A DNA stretch of 64,000 bases from the NCBI GenBank assembly GCA_002069815.1, contig MWCB01000001.1:1786-65785 (forward strand), given 5' to 3'. Shown here piece by piece: positions 1 through 10,555 of this stretch. Positions within the stretch are counted from its first letter, which is position 1; every line of letters begins with the position of its first letter. Below the pieces are notes generated by a model that searched no databases, had not been told where the DNA came from, and saw only the letters and a program-made list of their open reading frames with translations. The translations under genes and the position numbers were made by a program. This DNA comes from Tenericutes bacterium ADurb.Bin239 (lineage in GTDB: Bacteria > Bacillota_I > Bacilli_A > RFN20 > CAG-826).

Positions 1-1
1 C

Positions 2-259
2 TTAGCCTTAAAGCGTGAAATCAAAGAAGAATTAGCGATGGATATAAGTGTTAAAGATTTATTTATGCATGTTAGTCACGAATATCCTTTGTTTAAATTA
101 GAGATGGATGTATTTATTTGTACTGTTGATAAACCTAGTTTTAAGTTATTAGTTCATAAAGACGGAAATTTCTTTTGTAAGGACGAAATATTAAAATTGC
201 CCTTTTTAGGGGCGGATTTAAAAGTACTAGCGGCAATTAAAAAACGCTTAGATTTCTAA
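2..259 (+). CDS. Nudix (MutT-like) hydrolase, C-terminal fragment; 5' end lies outside the window
   Basis: The frame is open from base 2 (LALKREIKEELAM...). This is the tail of a Nudix box (REx2EE) and precedes the Met at 38 used by the ORF track. Stop at 257-259. Confidence 0.6.
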   Translation, partial: LALKREIKEELAMDISVKDLFMHVSHEYPLFKLEMDVFICTVDKPSFKLLVHKDGNFFCKDEILKLPFLGADLKVLAAIKKRLDF

Positions 260-846
260 AAATGATGTTCTTTCAAATATTCAAAAAGTAAAGCCGTTGC
301 TTTCCCGCGATGGCTTATTTCTTCTTTTTCTTTAATCGTTAATTCGGCGAATGTTTTTTGCTTATGGGGATAAAAGAAGATCGGATCATAACCAAAACCA
401 TCTTCCCCTTTTGGTTCACTTGTAATCATACCTTTAACTTCACCAATAAAAACTTGGGGGAATGGTTCAAGACCGACAAGGGCGATGGCGGCCACAAATT
501 TCGCACTTTTATCACTATGGCCTTCAAGCATCTTAATAATAGCCGCGTTTTTAAGAGAGTAAGGTGCCCCTTCCATAAAACGCGCCGAATTGACACCAGG
601 AAACCCATCAAGTGCATTGATTATTAGTCCGCTATCATCAGCAATCACTGGTAAGTTTGTAAATTTGTGAATAGTGGTGGCTTTAATCACCGCATTATCT
701 TGAAACGTTTCCTCATCTTCTTTAATATCGCCGTTAAAATTAATATCTCCCAAACTTAAAACTTCATAAGGTGTATTTTCAAAAAGGGACTTAAACTCTT
801 TAAGTTTATTTGCATTATTCGTGGCAATAACAATTTGTTTTTTCAT
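256..846 (-). CDS. rdgB: Non-canonical purine NTP pyrophosphatase (dITP/XTP pyrophosphatase, RdgB/HAM1 family)
   Basis: 196 aa. Has N-terminal IVIATNNANKLKEFK and C-terminal GFGYDPIF and SHRGKA motifs typical of RdgB/HAM1. Confidence 0.9.
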   Translation of the reverse strand: MKKQIVIATNNANKLKEFKSLFENTPYEVLSLGDINFNGDIKEDEETFQDNAVIKATTIHKFTNLPVIADDSGLIINALDGFPGVNSARFMEGAPYSLKNAAIIKMLEGHSDKSAKFVAAIALVGLEPFPQVFIGEVKGMITSEPKGEDGFGYDPIFFYPHKQKTFAELTIKEKEEISHRGKATALLFEYLKEHHF

Positions 847-848
847 AG

Positions 849-1922
849 TTATTCAGTATGGGAAACAGCTGGCGCTATTTCCTTTGCATGGTGACGTCTT
901 TCAGAATCAAGCCAAATAGCGCGGAATATTAAGAACACTAATAGCCCAGCAAAGCCAAAGACAACGAGATAAATATGGGGAAATAAAATGGCAATTAAGA
1001 ACACTGGTAACCCGCTTTCTTGCATCGCTACCCTAATATCACCTAAGACTGGCATATTCTTGCGATCAATCCATGGCGAAATAAAGAAACCATCAAAGTT
1101 ATCGGGACCAGGATACTTTTGGCCAATATAATGGAAGGCGATGTTCGTTAATTGCGCTACAATAACAAGCGCTAATAAGACAGTGAGAGCCCCAACATAA
1201 TGTCGCCATTTTGTTCCAATTTTATAAGCATTAATTAAATAAAAAGCGGCAATAACCATCGTTCCATGCCATAGCATAGTGTGAATTGAAATTGAGACAT
1301 GGAGAGTGTATACACCACTAGCTAAAAGCATAACACTGAGGCCGCCCACGAAATTGAATATAGCAATAAAAGAATAAAATGCTTCTTTGATTTTTTCATT
1401 TTTAATAAAGGGTACGATCGGATATAGAATCAGCGGGATTGAACAAAATTGTAAGGGGAATCCGTACCAATGATAATGAGCAAGTCCTTTATAGAGGTCT
1501 AAGAAAATCATCTGTTTATAAAATTCAATCCCGACAAGTAAAATCCCAAATTGGAAAACGGTGTAATCAATGGCATTAAGGCGTCCAAAAAGATAACGCT
1601 GGTTACTTTCTTTGTCGGCTTTTAAACGCGATGAAGCCACAATGATACCAACGACCATAGCGGCAAGCCAAAAAAGATGAAATGGTCCCCACGCTAAGTC
1701 ATCCGGTTGACCCGATGGTAAAAATTTTTCGCCGAACCGCCAACGTTCACCAATTGCAAACATAAAAAACATCGGCGTAAGAATCATATAATATTTTAAA
1801 ATACGTTCGATAATTACATACTTACCTTTTTCATAAGTTTGTAAATAAAGTTTAAGTAAGAGGGCAATTCCTACGTTAAGTACGAATAGTACTAATAAGA
1901 TAAAACCTTGTAGATTAGACAT
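849..1922 (-). CDS. Polytopic integral membrane protein, function unknown
   Basis: 357 aa with about 9-10 hydrophobic helices. Sits 2 nt upstream of rdgB, so is likely co-transcribed. No catalytic motif recognised. Confidence 0.6.
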   Translation of the reverse strand: MSNLQGFILLVLFVLNVGIALLLKLYLQTYEKGKYVIIERILKYYMILTPMFFMFAIGERWRFGEKFLPSGQPDDLAWGPFHLFWLAAMVVGIIVASSRLKADKESNQRYLFGRLNAIDYTVFQFGILLVGIEFYKQMIFLDLYKGLAHYHWYGFPLQFCSIPLILYPIVPFIKNEKIKEAFYSFIAIFNFVGGLSVMLLASGVYTLHVSISIHTMLWHGTMVIAAFYLINAYKIGTKWRHYVGALTVLLALVIVAQLTNIAFHYIGQKYPGPDNFDGFFISPWIDRKNMPVLGDIRVAMQESGLPVFLIAILFPHIYLVVFGFAGLLVFLIFRAIWLDSERRHHAKEIAPAVSHTE

Positions 1923-2089
1923 TGATGCTCCTTAATGCGCATTAAATAATTATATACCTTATCAATTTTTAATTCTATTAAAAGACCATAATTTGTGTTT
2001 GTTCATTATAAAATAATGCCTTTTTGCGGGCAAATCATAGGAAAAAAAGATATCTTTTAACTAAAAAGAGTTAGGTTACAAAATAATCC

Positions 2090-3454
2090 TTATAAGAAAA
2101 TTAGCATTATTGAGGCAATTAAATAATAAGTAAGAATGGCGATTATATCGGCTAGCGTTGTTAAGATTGGACCCGAAGCATTGTCAGCGTCCATCTCCCG
2201 TTTGGTAAAGAATATTGGTAGAAGTGTGCCTAATAAGCCAGAGATGAACATCCCGCTAAATAAGGCAGCCGCGACCACAAAACCTAACTTATAAGGGGCA
2301 ATCAAAGTACCGGCATTAGTCACTTGGGCGGTAACAAACGAGAAAAGCGAGACAACGGCAAAACCTAAGGCGGCCACAACGAGACAATTAAAGATAATAA
2401 TTAATAATTCTTTTCGGAGAAAAGAACGGCGGTCTTCGGTTGTGGATAATTCATTCTTGTGAATGCCTAAAAGGGTAACGGCGAGGTTTTGCGTGCCAAT
2501 ATTACCAGCCATGTCAAGGACCAGCGGTTGGAATAAAACAAGAGCGAATACTTGGCTAAGCGTTAATTCAAAGGCGGGAATAACTAAGAAAATAATCGCA
2601 ATAATGATATTTAAAACGGTAGCAATGATTAACCAAGGTAAACGTTTCGCGCTTCGTTGCCAACCAGTGTAAGATTCATCATGACTCGGTAAGAACGCTA
2701 GTTTGTTATAAAGTTCATCATAGTTATTGATTAATTGTTCTAAGACGTCATCGGCCGTAATAATTCCAAGTAAACTACCTTGGTGATCAATAACCGCAAG
2801 TGAGGTAATGTCATAGTCTTTGACCTTTTTAATGGCTTCTTTAACCGTATTATCATGATATACATAGTAATAATCTTCAATCATTAAATCAGCAATTGTA
2901 TCATTCGCGCGGGCAATAATTAAATCTTTGAGCGGTAAGACACCGACGACCTTATGATTATTGTCAAGCACATAAATATTATCGATAAAGTCATCTTCTT
3001 TAACATTATTAAAGATAAAGGAGGTGGCTTGTTTAATCGTGGCATTAATATTGATAGTTAAAAACTCAGTGCTCATGATGGAAGGGGCGAGGTCGTTTGA
3101 GTAGATAAGTAAATCCTTAATGATATTAGCTCTATCTTCATTAACATATTTTAAAACATCATCTTGTTCATCTTTATCATAATAACCAATGAATTCTTTA
3201 AGTTCATCAACCTCAAGATTATTAAGGACTTGTCGTTTACGTGTTTCACTAAAAGATTCAAATGTTTCCACTTGTTGATATTCACTCAATCGTGAAAAGA
3301 CTTCACTCGTTTTCTTGACTCCAATTAAATCCAAGACTCTAATTTGTTCTTTTTCATCGAGATCATAAAAGATTTCGGCAATGTCGTAAGCTTGCACGGC
3401 TTTTAAATCTCTTTTTAAGGAGTAGTTTGATCGACTAAAATCAATTTTGATCAT
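2090..3454 (-). CDS. mgtE: Magnesium transporter MgtE (paralog 2)
   Basis: 454 aa. Acidic helical N-domain, tandem CBS pair (VVGVLPLKDLI, LLGIITADDVLEQL) and a C-terminal 5-TM domain with LDMAGNIGTQ. Confidence 0.9.
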   Translation of the reverse strand: MIKIDFSRSNYSLKRDLKAVQAYDIAEIFYDLDEKEQIRVLDLIGVKKTSEVFSRLSEYQQVETFESFSETRKRQVLNNLEVDELKEFIGYYDKDEQDDVLKYVNEDRANIIKDLLIYSNDLAPSIMSTEFLTININATIKQATSFIFNNVKEDDFIDNIYVLDNNHKVVGVLPLKDLIIARANDTIADLMIEDYYYVYHDNTVKEAIKKVKDYDITSLAVIDHQGSLLGIITADDVLEQLINNYDELYNKLAFLPSHDESYTGWQRSAKRLPWLIIATVLNIIIAIIFLVIPAFELTLSQVFALVLFQPLVLDMAGNIGTQNLAVTLLGIHKNELSTTEDRRSFLRKELLIIIFNCLVVAALGFAVVSLFSFVTAQVTNAGTLIAPYKLGFVVAAALFSGMFISGLLGTLLPIFFTKREMDADNASGPILTTLADIIAILTYYLIASIMLIFL

Positions 3455-4818
3455 ATCATTCCTACCCCCTTTAAAATTAACGCAGCGAGACCGAAATACA
3501 CTAACGTTGAGAAAAAGTCGATGATGGTCGTAATAAAAGGGCCACTTGCCACTGCAGGGTCAACTTTGAGTGATTTAAAAATATGCGGAATAGCAATTGC
3601 TAACAAGCTTACTAATGAAACAACAATCGTAAGTGAACCAGCAATAATCGCGGCAAAGATTAAGGCGGTTTGGAAACCACTAAATTGGGAAGCACTTGCG
3701 GGCAATCCTATCTGCGTAAAATAAACAAACACAAACGAAATAATAAAAGTAATTAATCCTAAAAGAAGACTAGTGAGAAGATTAGACACAAACTCTTTCC
3801 GTAGTTCTGATCTTTTCATCCGTCCTTCATTTGATATTGCTTTTAGTGCTACCGCGAGTGTTTGGGTCGCAACATTACCCGGTGAGTCAAGCATCAATGG
3901 TTGGAAAAAAGCCAAAATAGTAACGCCACTGATGCTACCAATCATAAAATCACTAAAAGACATTAAAGGGATTGATATAACCATTAAAATAATTAACCAT
4001 GGTAATCGTCTAAGCGCGGTTTTTAACCACTTTTCTGCTTTATGAGTGGCGGGAAGAGCGGCTAATTTTTCATAGTCTTCTTCGACTTCATGCGTGGCGA
4101 CATCAATAATATCATCAAGAGTTAAGATACCAATTAATTCGTTATCCTTATTAATCACTGGTAATTCATACAACTCATAATTTTTCATATCGTAAATAGC
4201 TTCGGTAATTGGTGAATTTGCACTAACAGCGGGAATAGTTTCCATTATTTCACTAATTAATTTAGGACTACGTGCTTTAACGAGCGTTTTTAAGTTAACC
4301 GCCCCTAAATATTGATTGTTTTCATCTACTACAAATAATAAGTTAATAGTTTCAGCTTCTGGGGCTTGCTTAATGAGACTAGTGGATGCTTCTTTAACAT
4401 CCATTCGCGGATTTATAGAAACGTAATCATTTGAAATATAAGCCCCAACGGTATCGTCATCATATTTAATAATATCTTTAATAATGTGTGCTTCTTCAAG
4501 TGTTGTAATGACTTCATCACGGAGTGAAGGATCATCATAAGATTGTAAAATATCAACAGCGTCATCAACAATCAGTTCATCAAGAATCTTTGTTTGTTTT
4601 TCACTTGTAAAAGATGATAAAAAGTCAGCAGCAAGATCTGGTTCTAGATAGGCAAAAATATCCGCGAGTTGATCAGTGGTTAAGGCATCAAAAAAGATAG
4701 CGCGCTCAGCATCTGATAACTCTAGCAGCTCATTAGCGATATCATAAGCGTGCATGTCATTAACGTGGGTTTGGAATTCCTTTTTGCTTAGTTTTGCCCC
4801 TAATAATTCCTTAATCAT
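3451..4818 (-). CDS. mgtE: Magnesium transporter MgtE (paralog 1)
   Basis: 455 aa with the same N-domain/CBS-pair/5-TM architecture and an LDSPGNVATQ motif. Has a 4-nt ATGA overlap with the downstream paralog. Confidence 0.9.
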   Translation of the reverse strand: MIKELLGAKLSKKEFQTHVNDMHAYDIANELLELSDAERAIFFDALTTDQLADIFAYLEPDLAADFLSSFTSEKQTKILDELIVDDAVDILQSYDDPSLRDEVITTLEEAHIIKDIIKYDDDTVGAYISNDYVSINPRMDVKEASTSLIKQAPEAETINLLFVVDENNQYLGAVNLKTLVKARSPKLISEIMETIPAVSANSPITEAIYDMKNYELYELPVINKDNELIGILTLDDIIDVATHEVEEDYEKLAALPATHKAEKWLKTALRRLPWLIILMVISIPLMSFSDFMIGSISGVTILAFFQPLMLDSPGNVATQTLAVALKAISNEGRMKRSELRKEFVSNLLTSLLLGLITFIISFVFVYFTQIGLPASASQFSGFQTALIFAAIIAGSLTIVVSLVSLLAIAIPHIFKSLKVDPAVASGPFITTIIDFFSTLVYFGLAALILKGVGMI

Positions 4819-4948
4819 TTGCTTCGCCTTTCCAAATATTAATACAGTCTCTATTATAGGTTATTAAACATTTTTTACCAAAGGTAAATGTAAAAACAGA
4901 CAATTCGTCATTTTTAGTCATTATTTTTAATCGGTAAAATAATATCTA

Positions 4949-4977
4949 TTGTAAATGATTGTTTATTTTTGTATAAT
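4949..4977 (+). promoter_or_regulatory. Candidate sigma-70-type promoter for the surface-protein operon
   Basis: TTGTAA, 17 nt, then TG-TATAAT (extended -10), about 35 nt upstream of the ATG at 5013, which has a GGGGA RBS. Confidence 0.45.
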
Positions 4978-5012
4978 AGCAACGGTTGTAAAAAATATAA
5001 AGGGGATAACCA

Positions 5013-8000
5013 ATGAAAAAGAACAGAACCACTTATTTGTTGTTGCTGTCCGTTTTTGTGATGGCACTCGGGGGATGTAAATTATTGAGATCAAGTAGTG
5101 TACTTCCACCCGCTTCTAGTTCCGCTCCAAGTGAGTCCGAAGTAAGTACAAGTACTACCACGTCTTCGGAAATCGTAAAAACCGCACTCGCGGCTCCTGT
5201 TATCAGTCAGGAAGGCGAAAACAAAGTCGTTTGGGAGGCAGTTCCTAACGCTATTAATTATCTCATTAGTCTTAATGATCAAGAACATGAAGTGGAAGCA
5301 ACACATTACACTATTACTCAATATGGAAGTTATGAGGTTAAAGTATTAGCGGTTGCTAGTCCAACTTCTGATTTTATTAATTCCGCTTATTCTAATGTTT
5401 TGCAAATTAATTACTATGAAAAATTACCAGCACCAGTCATTGATAAGCAAGATTATAAGACTATTTATTGGCTTCCAGTTGATGATGCTGGTTCTTATCA
5501 AGTCTACGTTAATGATGTAGCGTATGGCGATCCTTTAATTGATACCTTCGCTTTTAGTATTGAAGGTTTTGATTATGGCGTATATGCATTAAATGTCACT
5601 GCTATTCCCGAAAGCGGAGTAGCGAAGAGTGAAAGTGCTCTTTCCAATACGATTACGCTGGAGTTAATTAATCCAGCAACATACCATGAACGGTTAGTGA
5701 TTACTATTTTAACCCCAGCGACTGCTTTTGTTTATGATGACATTTCCTTTAATCATGAACTAAAAGAAATTAATGATGGTGATATTTCTTATATTGATGA
5801 CACTGTCGTTTGGTCGGTCGTCGCTGGTGAAACTTTTGTGGAGAAAAACGCTGACAATATAACATATAAAGCTATTGCTGCGGGGATGGTTACTTTCAAA
5901 GCCGCGCTGAAAATTGATGAAACGGTTTTTGCCACGAAAGAAATTGCTGTAAAAGCTCGTCCTGATTTAGACTTAACATTAGCGGAATATGATTCGCAAA
6001 ATGCAGATGCTAATCGCATTACTTTTGACGCGCCATACGCTGGCAAACTTTATTACTTATTAGCCGATGCAGTTCCAACCGCGAGCGAAATAATTAGTAG
6101 CGGAACGCAAGTAATTGTAAGTGAAGGTGAAAATACTTTCATCCTAAATTTAGGCGGCACTTTAGGTGATGAAGTCGATGTTTATTTCGTGCTTGTTTGT
6201 ATGGAAAATGACATTAATATTGGTAATTCTGAAGTTTTTGGATTAGTGAATGTACCAGTTAAGGTTATTCCTGTTTATGTTTCGACTAAAGATGAACTTT
6301 ATAATGCCCTTGCCGCTAATGAGCGCGCGGTTATGCTTAGTAACGACATCGATATTACTGGATGGGTGCAAATTTCAACGGCATTCACAGGTATTTTAGA
6401 TGGTCAAGGCTTTAGAATCCATGGCGCTACGTTAGTGGGTAAAGAAACTGGTTTATTTAAAACTTTAGGTAATAAGGCTGTTATTCGTAACCTTGTCATT
6501 GATAATGTTCAAGCGGTAGGCTTCACTGGAGCGCGTAACGCTATCCTTGCCTCGGTTATTGAAAAAGACGCAACGGTAACTTTTGATAATATTGCGTTAA
6601 CGAATATTTATATGGATGCAAGCATCGAGGGTAGCGGTCGTTCAACTGCTGCTGCTTTAGTGGCGCAATATTCAAGCACGAGTGATACCTTGACAAAAAT
6701 CAGTATTAAAAATACTTATATTAACTGGCGTTTTGATATCAAACGCAATACCCAAGTTAGTAATGTTGGCAGTATCTTTGGTACATTCGTTAGTGCAGCG
6801 CCAGATGCTCTAACTTTAGATAATGTCTTTGTTGATGCTTATTATACTGGTAACTCCAATAATCAAGCGGGTCTTATCGGCCAAGTTGGTGGTGAAATTG
6901 CGATGAATAACGTCGTCGTTCATGCCGAAAAGTTTGATGGCACTAACCCAGGCTCATTACATGGTGTTGATTTTGGTTATTTACACAATACCGTAACGCC
7001 CGTTATTAATGAAACGAATTCCTTGCTCGTTTCATACACTTGGAATAAATTAGCAAAAAGTGATGTATTCACACTATATAATAGTGTAGACACTATTCCT
7101 GCCTTAGTTAAACAAGCAATCATTGATGCTGATGATAGTAAGTTCGCGCTCGCGGAAGGCGTCTTAGTGATGAACTTATTATCAAAACAATTTAGATTAG
7201 AACATGCAGCCGTGACCCCAATCCTCTCTACTTATCTAGTCGTTAATGACAAAGTCGTAAGTTGGACGGCGGTGGACTTTGCTGCTGGATATGAAGTATA
7301 CGTCAATGAAACGCTAGTTAGTACCCAAACGACAACTTCTTATGATTTAAGTAGTATGAGTCCGGGTGACTACAGTGTGTATGTTATCGTCCTTGGTAAT
7401 GGTTACGATTTATCAAATACGCAATCGGTTAATACCGTCAGTGTAACTATTGAGGAGGTTGATCTTGACCCACTATCTGCTCCCGTTATTGTTTTAACGG
7501 GGACTGAAGTATCGTGGGCCGAGGTTCCCAATGCAATTACTTATCAAGTATATGTGAATAATGAACTAGTCCAAACTAGTCCAAATCGTACCTTCAGCTT
7601 AACTACTTACACTTATGGTGAATATGCGATTAAAGTTATTGCTATTCCTAATGAAGGTGACTATTTACCAAGTGAACCTTCCAATATCGTTATATACGCA
7701 AATAAATTTGAAGTTGCAACCGTCAGTGATTTACAAACCGCTATTGCCAATAATGTTGGCTTTATCAGCATTACGACTGATTTAGATTTAAGTACTTATG
7801 TCACACCGAGTGTTATTTTCTGCGGCGTCCTTGATGGTAATAATCATGATATGACAAACTTAGCAATTACAACTGGTGCGACTGGCTTCTTTAAAAACTT
7901 AGGCGATGGGGCCGCTGTTCGTAATATAAACTTCGTTAGTCCAGTTGTTACCGCTAACGGAGCGACGATGGCTGTTCTTTCGGCCGCAATTGATACGGGT

Positions 8001-8633
8001 GCTCATGTTGAAATTAGTAACGTTGCGATTATTAACGGTCTAACTAATTCAGCAGTAGTTAACTCTTCTTCAACTCAAGGCTGTTTAATCGCCGCCTTTA
8101 ATAATGCGGCCGACGCTGATATGCAAGTAACGTTAAACAATGTATATGTTGATTACACGCACAATATTACCCGCGCTAAAGTTCAAAACAATAATGGGGC
8201 TGTCTTTGGCACCTTAAATGCTGCTAGTGAAAAAGCCGTAATAATTAATAATAGTTACATCAAATTTATGATTAAAGGTTGGTGGAACAATGCGGCCACA
8301 GTAATTGGTAATGGTACCGCCAATGTCGAATTAAACAATACGGTTTTAACGATGGATTGTGCGGATAAGAATGCGGGATCATCGAATATCTATTTTGATA
8401 GCGGTAATAAGTCGATGACTACGACCCTTACAAATTCACTCTTTGTTAGTGATAGCGAAGCCAGTTTCAAAGGAACGGCGGAAGGGGCCGTAATACGAAC
8501 GACGGCAACTATTGTCCTTGCTGACTTAGAAATGTTAGTGACTGGTTCAATCGGGGGCTGGCTCATTGATACAATTAATAACAAGGCGACTATTATCATT
8601 GCCGGTAAACAATATTCAATTAGCGTAGGATAA
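5013..8633 (+). CDS. Large surface lipoprotein with repeated Fn3-like modules, a Big_2-like Ig domain and two GLUG/beta-helix-like modules (putative adhesin)
   Basis: 1206 aa. Signal peptide plus lipobox (VMALGGC), then a Ser/Thr-rich linker. Four copies of a ~75 aa module with W-x-x-V-x-x-A-x-x-Y-x-V-x-V-N (e.g. VVWEAVPNAINYLISLN, VSWAEVPNAITYQVYVNN). Two ~300 aa modules begin V(S/A)T..(E/D)L..A(L/I)A and carry GLFKTLGNKAVIRNL / GFFKNLGDGAAVRNI and AGLIGQVGG. Confidence 0.8.
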   Translation: MKKNRTTYLLLLSVFVMALGGCKLLRSSSVLPPASSSAPSESEVSTSTTTSSEIVKTALAAPVISQEGENKVVWEAVPNAINYLISLNDQEHEVEATHYTITQYGSYEVKVLAVASPTSDFINSAYSNVLQINYYEKLPAPVIDKQDYKTIYWLPVDDAGSYQVYVNDVAYGDPLIDTFAFSIEGFDYGVYALNVTAIPESGVAKSESALSNTITLELINPATYHERLVITILTPATAFVYDDISFNHELKEINDGDISYIDDTVVWSVVAGETFVEKNADNITYKAIAAGMVTFKAALKIDETVFATKEIAVKARPDLDLTLAEYDSQNADANRITFDAPYAGKLYYLLADAVPTASEIISSGTQVIVSEGENTFILNLGGTLGDEVDVYFVLVCMENDINIGNSEVFGLVNVPVKVIPVYVSTKDELYNALAANERAVMLSNDIDITGWVQISTAFTGILDGQGFRIHGATLVGKETGLFKTLGNKAVIRNLVIDNVQAVGFTGARNAILASVIEKDATVTFDNIALTNIYMDASIEGSGRSTAAALVAQYSSTSDTLTKISIKNTYINWRFDIKRNTQVSNVGSIFGTFVSAAPDALTLDNVFVDAYYTGNSNNQAGLIGQVGGEIAMNNVVVHAEKFDGTNPGSLHGVDFGYLHNTVTPVINETNSLLVSYTWNKLAKSDVFTLYNSVDTIPALVKQAIIDADDSKFALAEGVLVMNLLSKQFRLEHAAVTPILSTYLVVNDKVVSWTAVDFAAGYEVYVNETLVSTQTTTSYDLSSMSPGDYSVYVIVLGNGYDLSNTQSVNTVSVTIEEVDLDPLSAPVIVLTGTEVSWAEVPNAITYQVYVNNELVQTSPNRTFSLTTYTYGEYAIKVIAIPNEGDYLPSEPSNIVIYANKFEVATVSDLQTAIANNVGFISITTDLDLSTYVTPSVIFCGVLDGNNHDMTNLAITTGATGFFKNLGDGAAVRNINFVSPVVTANGATMAVLSAAIDTGAHVEISNVAIINGLTNSAVVNSSSTQGCLIAAFNNAADADMQVTLNNVYVDYTHNITRAKVQNNNGAVFGTLNAASEKAVIINNSYIKFMIKGWWNNAATVIGNGTANVELNNTVLTMDCADKNAGSSNIYFDSGNKSMTTTLTNSLFVSDSEASFKGTAEGAVIRTTATIVLADLEMLVTGSIGGWLIDTINNKATIIIAGKQYSISVG

Positions 8634-8638
8634 AGAAT

Positions 8639-10555
8639 ATGCGACGTAAATCATTGCGTTATCTTGGATTATTTGCCTTACTCTTTACGACGCTAAGTAC
8701 GACAACTCTATCTTATACGGAAGTAAAAGGCGCTGTTTCGGCAGCGCCTTCGCGTATCAATATGACAATTTATAATGGGAACGCTAATTCTCGTGGTTTT
8801 AATTGGGTTACCAATCGTTCAGTTACGGCTAGTGCAGTTATTTATACACGTAAGTGGGGGGAAGGACCTGGTGATTGGGACGCTCCGATCCATGCTCCTG
8901 GTGTTAAAAATGAATTTTACCCAGGTTACGTCAGTTGGAAGGCTAAAATCATTGACTTAATTCCTGATGCCGCCTATTACTACCGCATTGTGGCTGATGA
9001 CATCATGTCGCCAATTTATTATTTTAAAGTTAGCAGCGGACAAGATGAATATAATATTTTGCACGTAACCGACACCCAAAATTATGTCGCGGAAGAATAT
9101 GAATGGGCGCGTAAAACAATGCGAATTGCCACCGAACGTTTTGGATTAGCCGATAACATTATTCATACTGGCGACTTCGTACAAACTAATAAAAATCCAG
9201 AATCTAATATTATTGAATGGGGTTACACTCTTGATATATTTAAGGAATTTTATACAGGGACAGTATTAACTCCAGTCGCGGGCAATCATGATGCCGCTCA
9301 TAATATGTTTACGAGTCATTTTAATGTGGAAATACCGCCGCTTGCGGAAACAAACATGGGGTTTTATTATTCTTACGACATTGATGATATTCATGTCACT
9401 GTTTTAAATACGAATGAAGGTTTATCAATGAGTACACCCCTTGCCGCTAATCAACTAGCGTGGTTAGAAAATGATTTAGCTAGCACAACCGCTACTTGGA
9501 AAATTGTAGCGACGCATAAAGGTCCCTTTACGACAGGGCGCCATGCTTTAGAAGGTGATATTGCCTCATTACGGAATGACTTATTACCTCTTTTTAGCGA
9601 GTATCATGTTGATTTAGTGCTCCAAGGGCACGATCATGTTTATGCACGCACGAATCCCTATCACTTCGATAACACAGGGTTTGTGCCTAATTTAGAGGCC
9701 GAAATAAAGACATTCAAAGAAGGCAATCATCTCTATGATTATCACGTTAATCCTGGGACTTTTTATGTGATTCCTAATACGGTTTCAGGTGATAGTAAAA
9801 ATCTCTCACCCATTACTCCTAATAGTGAATTACCAAGTTACTTCTCCTTAGCGCACTCGCCCGTTAACAATAAGCATTTAAATATCCAGCCTAATCTCCC
9901 GATGTATGGGCAAATTGCCATTAAGAATGGGAAGTTAATGTATAAGTCATATGTTATTGATTTTGATGGTAAAGATATGCTTTATGATTACTTTGGTATT
10001 TTCAAATACACTAGTAAAGAAGCAAGTCGAAAAATTAATAATTTACCCACTACTTACAGTGGGTCGATTAAATATGAACTTGCGGAAGCAGTAAGTTATT
10101 ACAATAATCTTCCTGCCAACGAATTAGCGAAAGTAAGCGATGAATTAAAAGAAAAAATCGCTAATTTATCGCGGTTTACAAGCGCTACTGCCTATGACAA
10201 TAGTCGTGAAGTTGTTTATCTTATAAGTATGCTACCGCGGCCCGTTTATACGGCAAAATACGAAGAAAAACTTAATATAATTGCCGAAAAATACGAAAAT
10301 CTATCAAACATTGAAAAAACATTCGTCGAAAACTATGATTTATATACATGTTATCGTAGTGAATTTGAGTGGCGAAAAAGTGCTGCTGAAGTTGATGTCT
10401 TAATTGTAGATGCCGTTACCCGGGAAGATGTAATTAACGCTCGTGCGCAATATGAAACTCTCTGTGAAGCAGCAAAAGCATACGTTGAAAATTACTACAT
10501 TCTTCTTCGTCTAGAACATACTTTTAATATTAACGGAGGTAGTGAAGATGAGTAA
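8639..10555 (+). CDS. Secreted calcineurin-like metallophosphoesterase (purple-acid-phosphatase-like) with a helical C-terminal extension
   Basis: 638 aa with a signal peptide and an N-terminal PAP-type beta domain (SRGFNWVT). Metallophosphoesterase motifs HVTDTQ, HTGDF, GNHD, ATHKGP and GHDHVY. The last ~200 aa are helical. Confidence 0.85.
   Translation: MRRKSLRYLGLFALLFTTLSTTTLSYTEVKGAVSAAPSRINMTIYNGNANSRGFNWVTNRSVTASAVIYTRKWGEGPGDWDAPIHAPGVKNEFYPGYVSWKAKIIDLIPDAAYYYRIVADDIMSPIYYFKVSSGQDEYNILHVTDTQNYVAEEYEWARKTMRIATERFGLADNIIHTGDFVQTNKNPESNIIEWGYTLDIFKEFYTGTVLTPVAGNHDAAHNMFTSHFNVEIPPLAETNMGFYYSYDIDDIHVTVLNTNEGLSMSTPLAANQLAWLENDLASTTATWKIVATHKGPFTTGRHALEGDIASLRNDLLPLFSEYHVDLVLQGHDHVYARTNPYHFDNTGFVPNLEAEIKTFKEGNHLYDYHVNPGTFYVIPNTVSGDSKNLSPITPNSELPSYFSLAHSPVNNKHLNIQPNLPMYGQIAIKNGKLMYKSYVIDFDGKDMLYDYFGIFKYTSKEASRKINNLPTTYSGSIKYELAEAVSYYNNLPANELAKVSDELKEKIANLSRFTSATAYDNSREVVYLISMLPRPVYTAKYEEKLNIIAEKYENLSNIEKTFVENYDLYTCYRSEFEWRKSAAEVDVLIVDAVTREDVINARAQYETLCEAAKAYVENYYILLRLEHTFNINGGSEDE

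Noticed and set aside
4819-5012. Looked for an M-box (Mg2+) riboswitch upstream of the mgtE pair.
   Set aside because: No conserved M-box blocks were recognisable on the minus strand. The region is short, AT-rich and shared with a divergent promoter.
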